Of a DNA stretch of 64,000 nucleotides, positions 1-13,400 are shown one piece after another. The first letter of the stretch is position 1; every line of letters starts with the position of its first letter. Under the pieces are notes generated by a model, which was not told the DNA's origin, made no database searches, and saw only the letters and a program-made list of their open reading frames with translations. The DNA comes from Dipteris shenzhenensis (Eukaryota): NCBI GenBank assembly GCA_047967505.1, contig CM106538.1. One strand, given 5' to 3'. The position numbers and the translations under genes were made by a program.

Positions 1-3000
1 TTAGTACACCAGTCGCAAAACTGATGTCCGGTCGTTTGTTGCAAAGGTACAAGCCTTCTGTACTTTGCTTCATCCATCAATGGTGATGAATCCTCGTTTG
101 AGAGCTTCGCGTCAACCTCCATAGGGGTACTAACTGTCTTGCACTCAGCCATGCCAAATGCCTTTAGTATCTCTCCAGAGCATACTTCAACTGTGAAATG
201 AAGATCTATTTCGGCTCCTACCAAACTTCAATCCCCAAACAGAAATGCATCAGTCCGAGGTCTATCATTTCAAACTCTCTTCCTAGCAAATGCTTTGTCT
301 GCGAGATCTTCTCTTCCCGATTCCTTGTTATGACAAGGTTGTCCACATAAAGGACCACGATCATACACCTGCCTCCTCTAAAGATATACAAGTTTGCATC
401 TGATGGGCTCCTCCTGAACCATTTTGCAGAAAGTAGGCATCAATTTGCTGGTACCACGCTCGTGGGGCTTGTTTTAGCCCGTAAAGTGCCTTCTTCAGTT
501 GCAAACTTTACCTTCTAAACCGGGAATCTCAAAACCTGGTGGTTGTTCCACGTATACCTCCTCCTTGAGATCTCCATTCAGAAAGGCAGATTTCACATCC
601 ATCTGAAACACGGGCCAACTTCCCTGGGTAGCTAAAGCCAAAACACTGTGAATTGTGGTTAGTTGAGCTGTGGGAGCAAAAGTATCTTGATAATCAAAAC
701 CATGTGCCTGTGCAAATCCTTTTGCCATGAGCCAAGACTTGTACTTATCCAACGTGCTGTCGAACTTGTACTTGGTCTTGTACACCCACTTGCTTCCAAT
801 TACCTTGCGTTTTGGTGGTCGATCCACAAGGTCCCAAGTGTTGTTCTTCATTATGGAGCCATACTCTGACTGCATAGCCTCCATCCACCTATCATCGCCC
901 TGTGCCTCTTCAAGACACTTGGGTTCATCAGCACGGATCACTTCTGTCATTAAAGCATAGTTGACCAAGTGTTCCTGCACCCTTCTTTACTCCTCTAATC
1001 TCTTGGACCAACGGTGTTCGGATGGTTTCTCCTCAATGGCTGGAGGTTCTGTGCCATCTAAAAGCTACTTTACCCACTTCGGGAATAGCCGTTGCTGTTG
1101 TGGTTCTACAGGCACTTCTTCATCTTCTTTGTCTTGAATCCTCCCAAGCACCGTTGGGAGAGTTCGGTTTGCTGTTGGTGGCGGTAGTGGATGGATATCC
1201 TACTGGTCTTGGTTGTCTTGGAAGGAAGCATCCTCCTCCAATTGATGCGGTTGTTTTGAGAAGACCACATCACGACTTACAATTACCTTCTTGGTAACAG
1301 GGTTATAGAGACGGTAACCCTTCGCCTCTTCACTGTAGCCCAAGAAAATATAGTTCCGGCTCTTTGGTTCCCATTTGGTCTTGGTAGCATCAGGGACGTA
1401 CAAAACAGTCACGTCCAAAAACTCTGAAATGTGCAACTGAAAGTTTCTTACCAGAAAAGGTCTGCAGTGGAGTCGTCCCATTCATAGCCTTCATGTAGCT
1501 ATGATTAAGAATGTAAACTACAGTGTTACATGCTTCAGCCCAAAAAGTCTTTGGCAAATCTTTCCCTTTCATCATACTCTAGCCCATTTCGCAGATGACA
1601 CGCATCTTGCGTTCTGCTACTCCATTTTGCTGTGATGTATGTGGCAGGGGTTTCTGCCTCTTGATTTCGTGACTTTTGCAGTAACTTTTGAATTCAGTTG
1701 ATGTGAACTCTCCACCTCTGTCTGATCTTAACTTCTTCACCTTCCTCCCCGTTTCTTTCTCGACCATTACATGCCATTCCTTGAACCTACTAAAAGCCTC
1801 GTCTTTAGTCTTTAGGAAGTATATCCATATCCTTTTACTGTAGTCGTTGATCAGCGTCATGAAGTAGTAGGAACCACCCAAAGCTTCCATCTCCATATTT
1901 CTATAGAGGTCTGTGTGAACGAGCTCTAGAGGAGCCTTTGCCCTGTTGGCCTCTTTAGGAAAGGACTACCGATGCTGCTTGCCCATCATGCAAGCTTCAC
2001 ATACATCGGGCAGATTTGAAATTTCTAGTAGGTTCGCAATCATTCCACTTTTATGCATCTCCTTCAAAGAACTAAGGTTTAGATGACCAAACCTCTCATG
2101 CCATAGCTTAGTGTTCTTCACATCTGCACGAGTACTAAAAGCTGAGAGTTCGTAAATGTTGCTGCACCGTGTACCTTTACCAACGACCTTCCCTTGAAGA
2201 TCCAAGATCTATGCACTGGTCATTCTTATCGAATTGAACTTTGAGGTCCCGATCCGTGATCACAGAAACAGAGAGGGTTACCAGAGTCCTTATCCTTACC
2301 TTTCTTTGATCCGGTCCAAAAAGCTGAATCTTCTCTAGTCCTCGTCTTTTGACGCATCTCCTCCTCCAGAAGCATCGCGCTGAAATCCTCAAAGTTGAGG
2401 GGTGGATTTCTGTTATGCGTATTCAGCGCTGTAACAAGACCGTCATACTTTGGTGGGAGAATCTGTATGCACCTTCGTGCTAGATTCTCATTGGTGATGG
2501 TGATCTGATCACGCAGATTCTTCACCCTGGTGATGAACTTCTCTGTCGCTTCAGACTCAGACAACTTCTCGTTCGCGAGTTGAGTCTCTAGATTTTGAAT
2601 TTGTGTATGATTCGTGGTCTCGTACTGATTTTTCAAGACCGTCCATGCCTCCTCCGCTGTGGTGACATGTTGAATTAACGCCATGATGGAATCACTAACA
2701 CTATAGATAATAGAACACAGCGCATCTACATTTCTTCTTGTCCATGCAAGAATCTCATCTGTAGTTGGTACTATCTGTTGTCCTGCATTGGTTGGATCCG
2801 GTCTCACAATCGGCCTCACATCCACCCTAGTAGCAGTGTCCCAAAGCTCCTATGCGCTTAGGATGGTCTTCATCTTGAACTTCCAAAGTGGATAGTTATA
2901 GCCGTCCAACTTTTCGCTTTCACCAAACGGTGAGATTCGCAGTCTTGTGGGCTGGGCCATCTCTCACAATCTGCTTGCAAACAGAAACACACTACCAAAT

Positions 3001-3018
3001 CTTCTTGCTAGAGTCCAA

Positions 3019-3030
3019 GCTCTGATACCA
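3019..3030 (-). promoter_or_regulatory. Primer-binding site, initiator tRNA-Met
   Basis: TGGTATCAGAGC on the minus strand directly after the LTR-terminal CA. Confidence 0.9.
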
Positions 3031-3750
3031 TGTAAGAAAATAATACAACATCTGTGCTCAACAGATAACAAGATCTTGTATGCAAGAGAGAAAACAAGAT
3101 AGTATGAAGAATCAAAACTTTGATTACTATAGAACTGATACAATAGATGGCGCTACCTCCCAACCATGCGCTCCTGTGAAAGAAGCTTCGATGGTGCACT
3201 AGAAACAGTAGAAGACGGAGGCTGGATGCTAAGGAATCAGGGTTGCTGTAGCCAGTGATGAAATGGGCTTCACAAGCTTGCTCTTATATAGCCACCAGTC
3301 GTAGTCGGTTAGGCTCAATTGGGTGGCCAACCCAATTCACCCAAAACGGTCGACTGGGAGTCGAAATAGGCCACTGACCATACGATAGAACCAATGTGCA
3401 AAATAGAGCAACTGACCTATGGTCACCGTTCAGCCCAGAGCCATCCGAGATCATCTGAGGCTCCAAACCGTAACCCGAGAGTAGGCTACCGTAGAAAATA
3501 CTCCATCTACCCTCAGTGCAGTCAGTCAAGGGATGCCTTCCAGCACTTGCATGTAGCCTAGTTAGTGGTGTGCCAACTCTATCTGAAGCCGTCCAGCCAT
3601 CAGGCCACACATGGCCCCCATTTAGTGTCCAAACTAGGACCTACCAGATAACCGAGCTACTCAAATGCCTTCTCCTCATATGGGGGGCCTACAAGTAGAG
3701 TTAGATGGTTCCCGCATAGTTACATGAGAGTGGAGCATTGATATCTAACA
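3031..3750 (-). repeat. 5' LTR of the copia element (about 720 bp)
   Basis: Minus strand reads TGTTAG...TTACA and is immediately followed by the PBS. TATATAAG is present. The 3' half recurs inverted at 18245-18599. Confidence 0.8.
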
Positions 3751-4356
3751 AAACCTTCAGCTACACATTTCAGAGTTTTTGGATGTGACTTTTGTGCATG
3801 TCCCTGATGCTAACAGGACCAAATGGGAACCGAAGAGCTGGAAGTGTATTTTCTTGGGCTACAGTGAAGACGCAAAGGGTTACCATCTATATAATCCTGT
3901 TACCAAGAAGGTAATAGTAAGTCGCAATGTGGTTTTCTTAGAATAGCTGCATCAATTGGAGGATGCTTCCTTCCCAGACAACCAGGACCAGGATATCCAT
4001 CTAGTATAACCACCAATAGCAGACCGAACTCCCCCAATGGTGCTTGGGAGGATTCAAGATAAAGAAGAGGAAGAAGAGCCTACAAAATCACAACGGCAAT
4101 GACTATTCCCGAAGTGGGTAAAGCAGCTTTTGGACGGTAGAGAACCTCCAGCCATTGAGGAGGAACCATTCGAACACCACCAGTCCAAGAGATTAGAGGA
4201 GAAAAGAAGGGCGCAGGAACACTTGGTCAACTACACTTTGATGATAGAGGTGATCCGTGCTGAAGAACCCAAGTGTCTTGAAGAAGCACAAGGTGATGAT
4301 AGGTGGATGGAGGCTATGCTGTCGGAGTATGGCCCCATAATGAAGAACAACACTTG

Positions 4357-4359
<3 letters not shown>
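3751..4359 (+). mobile_element. Fragment of the same copia family, opposite orientation (integrase C-terminus to RT start)
   Basis: Near-identical reverse complement of about 832-1446 (QEHLVNY.LM.EVIRA.EPKCLEEAQGDDRWMEAM). Ends abruptly at a (CT)n tract. Confidence 0.9.
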
Positions 4360-4400
<41 letters not shown>

Positions 4401-5199
4401 ATTAAAATTTAAACTCTATAAATATGTCATATGTCCTACAACCTTATCTAGAATCATTATAGAAGCTCTTTATGCCTCATTTTACTCTACCAAAATCTAC
4501 CTTAGACTACTTTTAATGAGATGTGCAATCCCAAAAAAAAATCTTATGATCATGCAGTAGAATGAACAGATCTTTACATCTATATCCTTGCTCATGGAAC
4601 TTACATAATATTTTTCAAAGAAAAAACTTCCATACTATATGATCTAATGGAATTCATTTATAAAACACAAGGAACACTATCGTCAATTAACACTTAACCT
4701 AGTAAACAGACCTAATCCAATGGCCATATTCTAATCATTTATGCATCCAATGGTCATAATCATTTTTAGTCGCTAATATAATGCATTTGAGGAAAGCTAT
4801 GACCAATTAATTGTTGCCCTATTGAAAGAGTTGCTTGGTTACCTAAGGAATATAAATTAAATTAAACAGGGCATAAAAATAATACAAATTAAATTCAAAG
4901 GGGATTCAAAGTAGACCATTTGCACCCCATTGTAATACTTAAAACCTAAACCCATGCATCAATTGGAATCTAAAACACTATGCAATACCTGCTTGAGATG
5001 GTACTCAAGAGCAAGAAGAAGATGATGGTGCTCCAAAATTTGCTAATCACAATGCGAAATTCTCATCCCACCCTAAACCTGCAACCATAAATCAAAAAAC
5101 AACAAGGCATTTAGAATACAATGAGACATTCAAAACCTTCTATCACCATCATTGCCATCTTCAATATCATCTATCCTAAAGCTACAATTCATGAGTCAC

Positions 5200-7330
5200 T
5201 ATCCTCGTCATGTTCATCATCAATGTCCTCATCTTCATACCCATGTGGAAGGAAAATATTATTTCCTTCTTCTTCATCCAATTCATCCTCCTAATCACTA
5301 TCCTTCTTAGATATTGTACCATTAGTCCCCTCCTCATCCCCTTTTTGAGGTTCTGGAATTTGCAATGATGGGACTACTTCAGGTTGGATAACATCAGGTG
5401 GGATATCATAGGTCCATTTTGGAACTTTCTCCTCACATTCCATAGCTCCACATGTTTCCAGCATTTTATGATTGGTTGGAAACATTTTATGATTGGCATA
5501 GATGTACACTAGCATCTCAGCCTGATCCTCTAGAAGGCTATTTTGTAAAGTACGATGATTGTACTTATAATGACTCTAGTTTCTTTCTGAGCCCAATTTT
5601 GAGTGTGTTTGAGAAAGAACCCTCATTACAATTGGGCGTAGAAGCTCACACATGCCGCCATTCATCATTCACCATTTCTAAGCAGATGTAGTTTTTCGCC
5701 AATGCTTGAACATCTCTCAATGGAAACAACCCCTCCTTTCATCTATCCTTGGCTAACTCATTACAAGACTTTGCAAACTCGTGGTTTTGGGGATAATATT
5801 GTTGCACCACCTTATGGAAGTCATGCATAACGATTGGGATTTCTTCGGACTTCATATTACACCACTTGGGGTTTAAAAGGTACCCAATACTATGCAAGGG
5901 ATTGTGACCTTCTCCCATTGAGATCTAAACAATTGCCAAATTTCCTTGCATTTTGTAGCATTAAATGGTATTCTCTCATTCACTTGGCCTAGGTGAGGAG
6001 GGGGATTCCTCACAATAAGAGCTTGGTCAATACTCCAAAAGTGCATCCATGCTTTTTCAATTGTTGGAGCCTTTGAGTCCCTAAGTGCATATAATATAGG
6101 TTTCATAACATTAGTAGCATCCTCAAACCGCCTCCATAATGTAGGGGATTCCAATGTTACTTTCAGGTCAAACATCTTCTCCTTTGTTGCCCTATCAGTC
6201 AACTCTGACATCCATCATTCAAATGCATCACACTGAAATGCCTTTCTAAGAAAACTCCTATTCTTCACCAAGGATTGCAAAGTGTAGAAATACGTGGCAA
6301 ATTTTGTGGTTGCTGGCAATTGCAACATGTTAGAACCATCATGAGACATAAAGATTGCTTCAAGATGTTGCTTTGATCCTATTAAATTTGCAATGTCTTG
6401 AGTAGCACGAGCAATCTCTTTGAACCATGGCACTTGTTTGTACCAATATTTCAATGCAGGATTTAAAGTATGCATACAACATGTAGATGCATATAGATTG
6501 TCATACTCCCTTTGCAATATTCTATCCGCCTTTTTACAACTCTTGGCATTGTGCATCAATTGACTTGTGGAAGGCCTCTCCATGTGGTGATATAACCATC
6601 ACATTCAATAGAGCATGGCATTTTATGCTTCTCCACCCATCTGAGACAATTATGTATCTAGTGTTATGCAATTGTTCAAAAATGTTGCGATTTATGTGAT
6701 CTTTCTCTTCGGAATATGCCTTATTTAACAATGTTGTACACAATGTGTGGTATGAAGGGGGCTTGAAGCCTGGTGTATAGTTAGCAATGGAATTCCATGC
6801 AGCTCTCATATCATCATTATCAACCATATCAGTGGATATCTTGACCACAAATTTGATCTGCCAAGAATATATCGTGCATTCTCCAAATCTTGAACCCAAA
6901 TGCTCTCAACTATCATGGGTTGCCTGACATTAGGAGTCACAGTTGCCGATCTAGCTTCACAAGCCATAATTGGATATTTATCTTGCATGTTAGTGTCCAC
7001 ACAAGGTATTATGGCATGAGAGCCTATAACACTTGTACTTCTATCACCGTGTATGTTGGCAGACTCTACTCCATTTACACCTTACCCTTTCCAAATTGAT
7101 CTTTTTTGAATTTTTCCAAAAGATTGAATCTTCTTTGTCAAGGTACGAACTACTACAGCAGCTTCTGGGGCTACATAATGCTAAATACTCTCTCTTAAGT
7201 CACCAAACAAGTGACCCCTTATATGAGGCACTCCCCTTGATTTTTGTATTCCACAACACTTGCATTTCCACTCAACATAGTCATGAACATTAATGACCAT
7301 CTGACTTGCGTTTCCCCCCCTATGCACGTG
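5200..7330 (-). mobile_element. hAT transposase pseudogene (BED finger, DUF659-like catalytic region, acidic tail)
   Basis: EWKCKCCG...HIRGHL near 7200-7280; FKPPSYHTL, IVSDGW, TCCMHTLN, TKFAT motifs in broken ORFs 5873-6899. Candidate terminus GGAAACTATG at 8075-8084 resembles the TIR of the hAT at 38326-50407, but no TSD was confirmed. Confidence 0.85.
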
Positions 7331-8094
7331 GAATACCTCTTTGAGAGGATTGCACCACCCGCATAAATCCTCTCCCTATATCTTGGTTAACAATCATGAG
7401 GTGGATCAAGCATTGGGGCATGGAGATCCTCTTTTATGAATCCTTGTTCAATCCCAAGATCATTATTAGGCATATGAATATTAGCTTGGGCATGACTCGA
7501 TGCATCAACATTTGTCTAGCCACAACTTGTCTTGAAGGTTGTGCATAAATGTTTCTAATTACAAGCATTTTTTGTTGTGCATTCATAGTCGCAACTTGGA
7601 ATCTATTTCTTCTCACATCATTGCTATCTCGCCTCCTCCTTCTCTCCATGCTTTACTAATAAATTAGAACAAAATCAAAATCTCACAACTCTACACCATA
7701 AATCCTTAATTGAAGACTCACTAACAATCACATTTAGAGGCACTCGTGATCATGGTCCACAAGTTTCCCAAAATGCAATGACTTGGAGTATAGATCACCC
7801 CCAAGAGCACACAACAAACACTCGCATTCACTAGCACTCATGTTTGTGGTATGCTATTTCTCCAAAGCGTAGGAAGTCGGAGTAGCGAACCACACCCACA
7901 AGTATAATAAATGTTGACTCACCCTCCCCCACTCAACCTTACTACTATGATCCAAATCATGGTTCAACTTTCTATCCCAACTTACCAAATGGTTTATTGG
8001 GATAAGCACCACAATCAGATCAAATGAAGAGCTTGTATTGTCCTTTCTACCAATATATAGCACCGAGTTGTGTAGGAAACTATGAATCCATAGC

Positions 8095-8275
8095 TAACAA
8101 CACCGACAGTACTATAGTTATTGCCGGTGGTACTAAGATGACAATCAATGGTGGTAAGATTGTATTACCGCCAGTTATAATATCGACGATAAATAATAAT
8201 CGCTGATAATTTTTAAATTACTGTCGGTAACGTAAATACTACTGCTGGGTATGTTAATGACACATGTAGTAGTCT
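8095..8275. repeat. Cluster of short direct/inverted ACCG(A/C)C(A/G)GT-like motifs, possible CACTA subterminal region
   Basis: accgacagta, tgccggtggta, taccgccagt, tactgtcggtaa. No intact CACTA terminus seen. Confidence 0.3.
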
Positions 8276-8619
8276 TACCCGGTTTCCTGAAGATTTTCAT
8301 GGTAATCAACATGATCACATTGATTTTATGCTACTTTAGAGCATAATTAATCAACAGTAATCACCCATTAACGCAAACATGAAAACGTGAATGTAATCCC
8401 AACCTTTGAGAATCTTCAAAGACAAGCATTGTGAAGAATTAGTCTTTTTAACACATGCCTTGGGTTCCAAATCCACCTTGGCTCCATTTCAAATCCTAAA
8501 GGATGTTGTTATGATAATAATGGCATGGACCAATAGTATGTATGCTTACACGGCTGCATGTGTACACACACACACACATACTATCCGCTTTTTCCTTTTG
8601 ACCATTCTGATTACTTTTT

Positions 8620-9700
8620 TCCCTTGAAAACCCTTTCCCAACTTATCCCCTCTCTCTAGCTCATTATATTCCCCCTAATTATTTCTTAATTTCTAGAGTT
8701 TTCCTCTAATTTTCCTTTTTTTCCTTTTCACTGCCTAGCTCAGTTACACTCCCTCTAATTTGGGCCTAATTATTTCTCCCTATTTTTTGCCTAATTTTTC
8801 TTAATTAATTTTAAATTTTCTCCTAAATTTTTTTGCTAACATTTTTTCCCTATTTTCCTTTATTTTTCTAATTCTCCTAATCTTCCCTAATCTTTTCCTA
8901 TTTCTTAACGTTTTTTCCTTAATTTGTTCTTATATTTTTTACATTTTCAATTGTTTATTTTCCTTATTTTTCTCCTATCTAGTTTTTTCCTTAAACTACC
9001 TCTCCCATCTCCCTCTCTCAAAATTTCCTTCTTTTTTCCTTCTTTCCTTTACTTTTATTCCAATTTTCCTTCTCATTCCCATAAGTTATCCTATTTTACC
9101 CCCTTCCCCCCTCTTTTTCAAAAATTTCATATTTTAGCCTTCTCTTTTTTTTTTCCTTCATTAAATTTTTTTCCTTGTTTATTTTTTCATTTCTCCTTAT
9201 TTTTCCATGAATTTTTTGCTCTCTTTTTGCTTATTTCTTACCTTCTAATGTCTTATTTTCCTTATTTTTATTGGCTCTACTTAATTAAGTTTTTTCATGT
9301 TATTTTCCTTTTAATTTCTTACCCCTTGCTTATAATTTTTCTTAATAAACCCCTTTTTTTTAATTACCACTTCTATCTCTATTGTTTACTAAACCTATAT
9401 TAATCTATTTACCCCCCTATTTTCTAAATTAACTTTACCCCACTTAACGTCAACCCTTCCCTAACCCAACCCAAACCAACCCCCTGACTAATCTCTTCCC
9501 CTCCCTTACTCTAATGACTCGATTACTCCTCCCTCGTCTTGTACACACCCCACACACGGCCCCAACATCTAACCTCCCTAGCTATCGTTGGCCCGACCCC
9601 CCTAACTGACCACACTCCTTAGCTATCTATTGGCCCTACCCCTCGACTGATCACACTCCCTTCTATTTAAATGGCCCTGCTTCCCACCTCTTTACCATCG
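8620..9700. repeat. Long pyrimidine-rich low-complexity tract
   Basis: Plus strand is strongly T/C-biased with very few G over about 1 kb. Shares motifs, inverted, with 25005-25650. Confidence 0.7.
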
Positions 9701-10499
9701 TCTCACTGTTAATGCCTTAGTCTACCTATCAGTTTTCCCTCCCGCCCATGTGAACTAACTTCTATCTCCCTACCTAGTACCTACCTCCACTCTAAAGCCC
9801 ATGTTGTGCTCATAGCAGCTCCTCACTGCAATGTTGTGAAGTTGTTCTCAAGCCATCCCACTACTCGCATACCTCTTGTGGCTGATTCTGATGAAGTCGC
9901 CACAAGCTTTCGTGGGCAAGGGTTGCACTTATTACCCTATGAGTTTGTTATCTAGTACTCTGGTGCTTCTACAAGGCTGACTGCAAGTCTATACCACAAT
10001 ATGACTGCGTATGCGCACCAAACCTACGGTTACGCACGATCCATAGTTCTATATCGAGTTGTTTAAGTTTGTGGTTAAGCTTCTAGTTTATTGTGACCTC
10101 GATAACAAGGGAGGGGAATTTATGACACCTATCTTCCCAACCAAAGTTAAGCTAGATCTTACCATGTTTTCTTGTTAGATGGTGGCATGTATGCAGATTC
10201 TCCTCTTTCGTAAATTAGATGCTTGTCAAGACTTCACTGGCTCTTACTTTCTTTTGCAAATATTTTTTTGCTTAAACATTATTAGCATTCCTTGCCAAAT
10301 AATCTCTTACATACTTTTTACACATGCTCGTAATTGGACCCTGACCTCGGAGCTTGGACTACCTAACGGATTCAACACTTTTAAACCAACTTTTGCTTTA
10401 TGGACACCCATATAATAAATAATTTTTATCCACCCTTATTTGAGCTTCGTGTGCCATGTTGTTAAAAGGTTTTATATTTAACACACACACACACACACA

Positions 10500-10657
10500 C
10501 ACATTGAATACACTAAGGATATGAGGTCATAATAACATTGGGACCAAAGATTGCAAAATTGTGACCATGCAAATCGATCCACATTGAATACTGAGAATAT
10601 GAGGTCATGACAACAATGGGACCAAATATTGCAAAACTTTGACCATACAAATCGACC
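10500..10657. repeat. Diverged tandem duplication, about 80 bp x2
   Basis: cacattgaata...atatgaggtcat...gggaccaaa..ttgcaaaa...gaccat..aaatcga occurs twice. Confidence 0.85.
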
Positions 10658-11221
10658 CAAGGTCCATTTGAAAACTTGAAAAATTAGAGAAGAGTAAAAT
10701 ATGTAAGTGCTAAACTTTATTATCATCACCATGGAGATTCATTTCTCGCAGCCATTGGCCAAAATTATGGGAGATTTCTAAAGAGCGTCATCGTCCATCA
10801 ATTCGATCTCACTAATATCTATAATGGTGGGATGTTATGTGCATTGCAAAGTGAGGAGAAGCATGCTAGTGACAAGAAGGGTGCTTAACAAGGGCAAGGT
10901 AGGAGTAGAATAGGTCCCCACGATGCTGGAAAAAAAGAATCAATATTAGTCGTCTCGCGAATAGAAAAAATTAACCCATTCATAAGCTGATTAATGGGGG
11001 CATAAGAGGTGATTAAGAAAATTAGTCGGCACATTCGAGTTGATTTTGTCAAGAACATTCCTCGCATGGTTTAGTGGAGGGAGGTAGGGGATGTGTTTGA
11101 TTTGTGGTGAGCAGGGAGAGAGAGACATAGAGGGAGAGGTGAAGGGAGGGAGAGGGGTGCGAAGGAGGGAGAGGCTAGAGAGAAAGCAAGAGGGGGAGAC
11201 ACATGCACTTGCACACACACA

Positions 11222-11940
11222 TTTTTGTGTAAAAGAACCTTTCATTAAGAAGGATGTATATTTATAGCTATCCAAAAGTGGAACAAGTACTACTCAAACT
11301 AGAAGAAGGTCGAAAAAAGCTTCTCCATTGAAGAGCAGCTTGTACTCCAAAACTACAAATAGTGGAACAATACTTCTAGCTAGGCCGGAGGAAAATCTCC
11401 CATGAAATGTGCATCATGGAGGGAGCGATGCGAGGGATGGAAGAAACGATAAATATCCATAGAGGAGTGTCCATACAACTAAGTGTTATAAACATGATAT
11501 AAAGACTGTAGTGCCCAATAACAACACCAACTGAAGAACTGAACATAGTTTGATGTAGAGGCATATCTCCCAAATAACTTAAACTACCACCAAAAGAGAT
11601 ACTAGGAAATCGATCATAAAGATAAGTTCCCAATTTGGGAAGAAAATCATGGGTGAATGAGCAAGTCCAAAGAAGATGTCGTATTGTCTCCCTAGGATGT
11701 AAAGAAGATGGGCAAGCTAAGGAAGCTATATGCCTAGAAGCTAAGAAAGAACCCACTAGTAGTATGCCCACCAAACAATGCTATAAGAAAGGCCTATGTC
11801 TGAGAGGGAGCTTATTATTCCAAATATAGCTAAGACAATCCTTCCACAAAGCAAGAGGTTTGTCAAGATGTTAAATAAAAGCCCACACTCATGAATCCAT
11901 GGCTAGGCGAGTAGAAGATGATAAGTTTTCTTGGCAGTAT
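11222..11940 (-). mobile_element. 5'-truncated L1-like LINE 3' end
   Basis: zf-RVT-like CPS..HPRETIRHLLWTC and RFPSISFG resemble the end of the LINE at 57122-63039 (ETMPNLFWLC, RFPTIPFG). Similar 3' end AAAGGTT...AAAAA. Flanked by (TG)n/(CA)n. Confidence 0.75.
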
Positions 11941-13400
11941 GCACACATGCGTGCACACACGTGCACACACACACATCTATGTGTATATGTATGTAGCATG
12001 CATCCACATGACACACTCATGCATGCATGTACACATGCACACACATAGACGCACATACATACAAAGTACGTTTGGTGTAAATTACGCATTTGTACAAAAG
12101 ATAAGATGAGAGAGAGAGAGAGAGGCGGGTGCCGGGGGGGGGGGGGGGTTGCATAAGTATGACATGTCTTGTTTGTTATGCCTCCATTGGTTATCTTATG
12201 CTGTTAAAGTAGATTGTTAAGTAATAAGGAATGACAATTGCCAAGCCTTTTAAAAAATGCAAATGGTACTACACTTTAAAGTCCCAAATTCCAAGATTAC
12301 ATGTCAATTAACACATCTGTGTTTAGATTTTGCATACATATGGGGTACCCACACTTAATCTCAAAGTAGACTCAGTTGAGATCGATTAGAGGCAAACTAC
12401 AAGGCTTGAAAATCATGAAGGACAAAGTATTATTGGTCTAATCTTTGAGCGTTTGTATAAAATATGATCATATCTTTTACTTGTGACAGTCACTATTCAT
12501 AGTAAAAGTTCCCTCCACAAAGTATAAGCAAATTAGTGCATCACTTTGAACAAAAAATGCTTAAACACTTGTTAATACATCTAATGAATGGCATAAAAAG
12601 TCAATTTAAAGTTGTTAAATACATAAAGCATGAAATAATCACTACAACATATTCCCCTAATCACTTGAAAGGCTTTTCTATGATAAACCAATTTGAATAC
12701 AATTTTTCATATTCATAATTTCATATATAAATAACTGACAATGCAAGTAGTCAAGGATTTGGTACTAAGGTACTCTTGCTTTAGAATTGGTTGATTATTA
12801 CACTCACATTTTCTTACCAATAGGTTAACTTGTCAAGCTCATCGATGGAATGCGTGATGTGAGTTTTTACCAACAATGGCAACAAAAGGGCTTACTTGGT
12901 GGCAATGCAATGTCATGAGAAAGAGTTTGTATCAAAAAGCACGAGGCAATGTAAGAAAGTATGTGCTAAATATTGTGGTGTGCTCTCTATGTGGTGAACT
13001 TTCCTTTTCTTTTTTTTTAAATATAGAGAAGATAGACAACAAGTGCTCTTTCAAGGCGAATTTGACATAAAGCATGACTGTGGTTACTAGGTAGGGAGGA
13101 TGGCCATTGTCAATTGTCGGTACGAGCGACCTGGGAACTTTAACTTTCCTCTGAATTATAAGAGAGGTGACCCATTTTGAGACTATCGAGGGGCACCCTG
13201 CCCTGGCTCTAGTCTGGAAGCAGGAATCGAAGCAAGGTCGGTGGCCAAGTAGGCAGGAAGCCCTACCACTCGCGGCTTCCGGAGCTAAAACCTACAATTG
13301 ATTTACTGTGCCCAAAGATAATGCTATTCCGTATTCTGACCGAAGTCTCTGTATTAACTACAGATTCTGAACATACATCGTATACCGTATACGGTATTAA

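Larger units (their letters stand above)
1..3750 (-). mobile_element. Ty1/copia LTR retrotransposon, degenerate (5' LTR, PBS, gag, integrase, RT; runs off window start)
   Basis: Fragmented minus-strand ORFs: copia gag (2226-2825), GAG-pre-integrase LWHERFGH (1966-2205), rve LRSDRGGEF..QQNGVAER (1579-1896), RT KWVYKTK..QMDVKSAFLNG (495-980). Integrase-before-RT order is copia. Multiple stops and frameshifts. Confidence 0.95.

Noticed and set aside
8924-9403. 159-aa Phe/Leu-rich membrane-like ORF
   Set aside because: By-product of a T/C-rich tract that is poor in stop codons.
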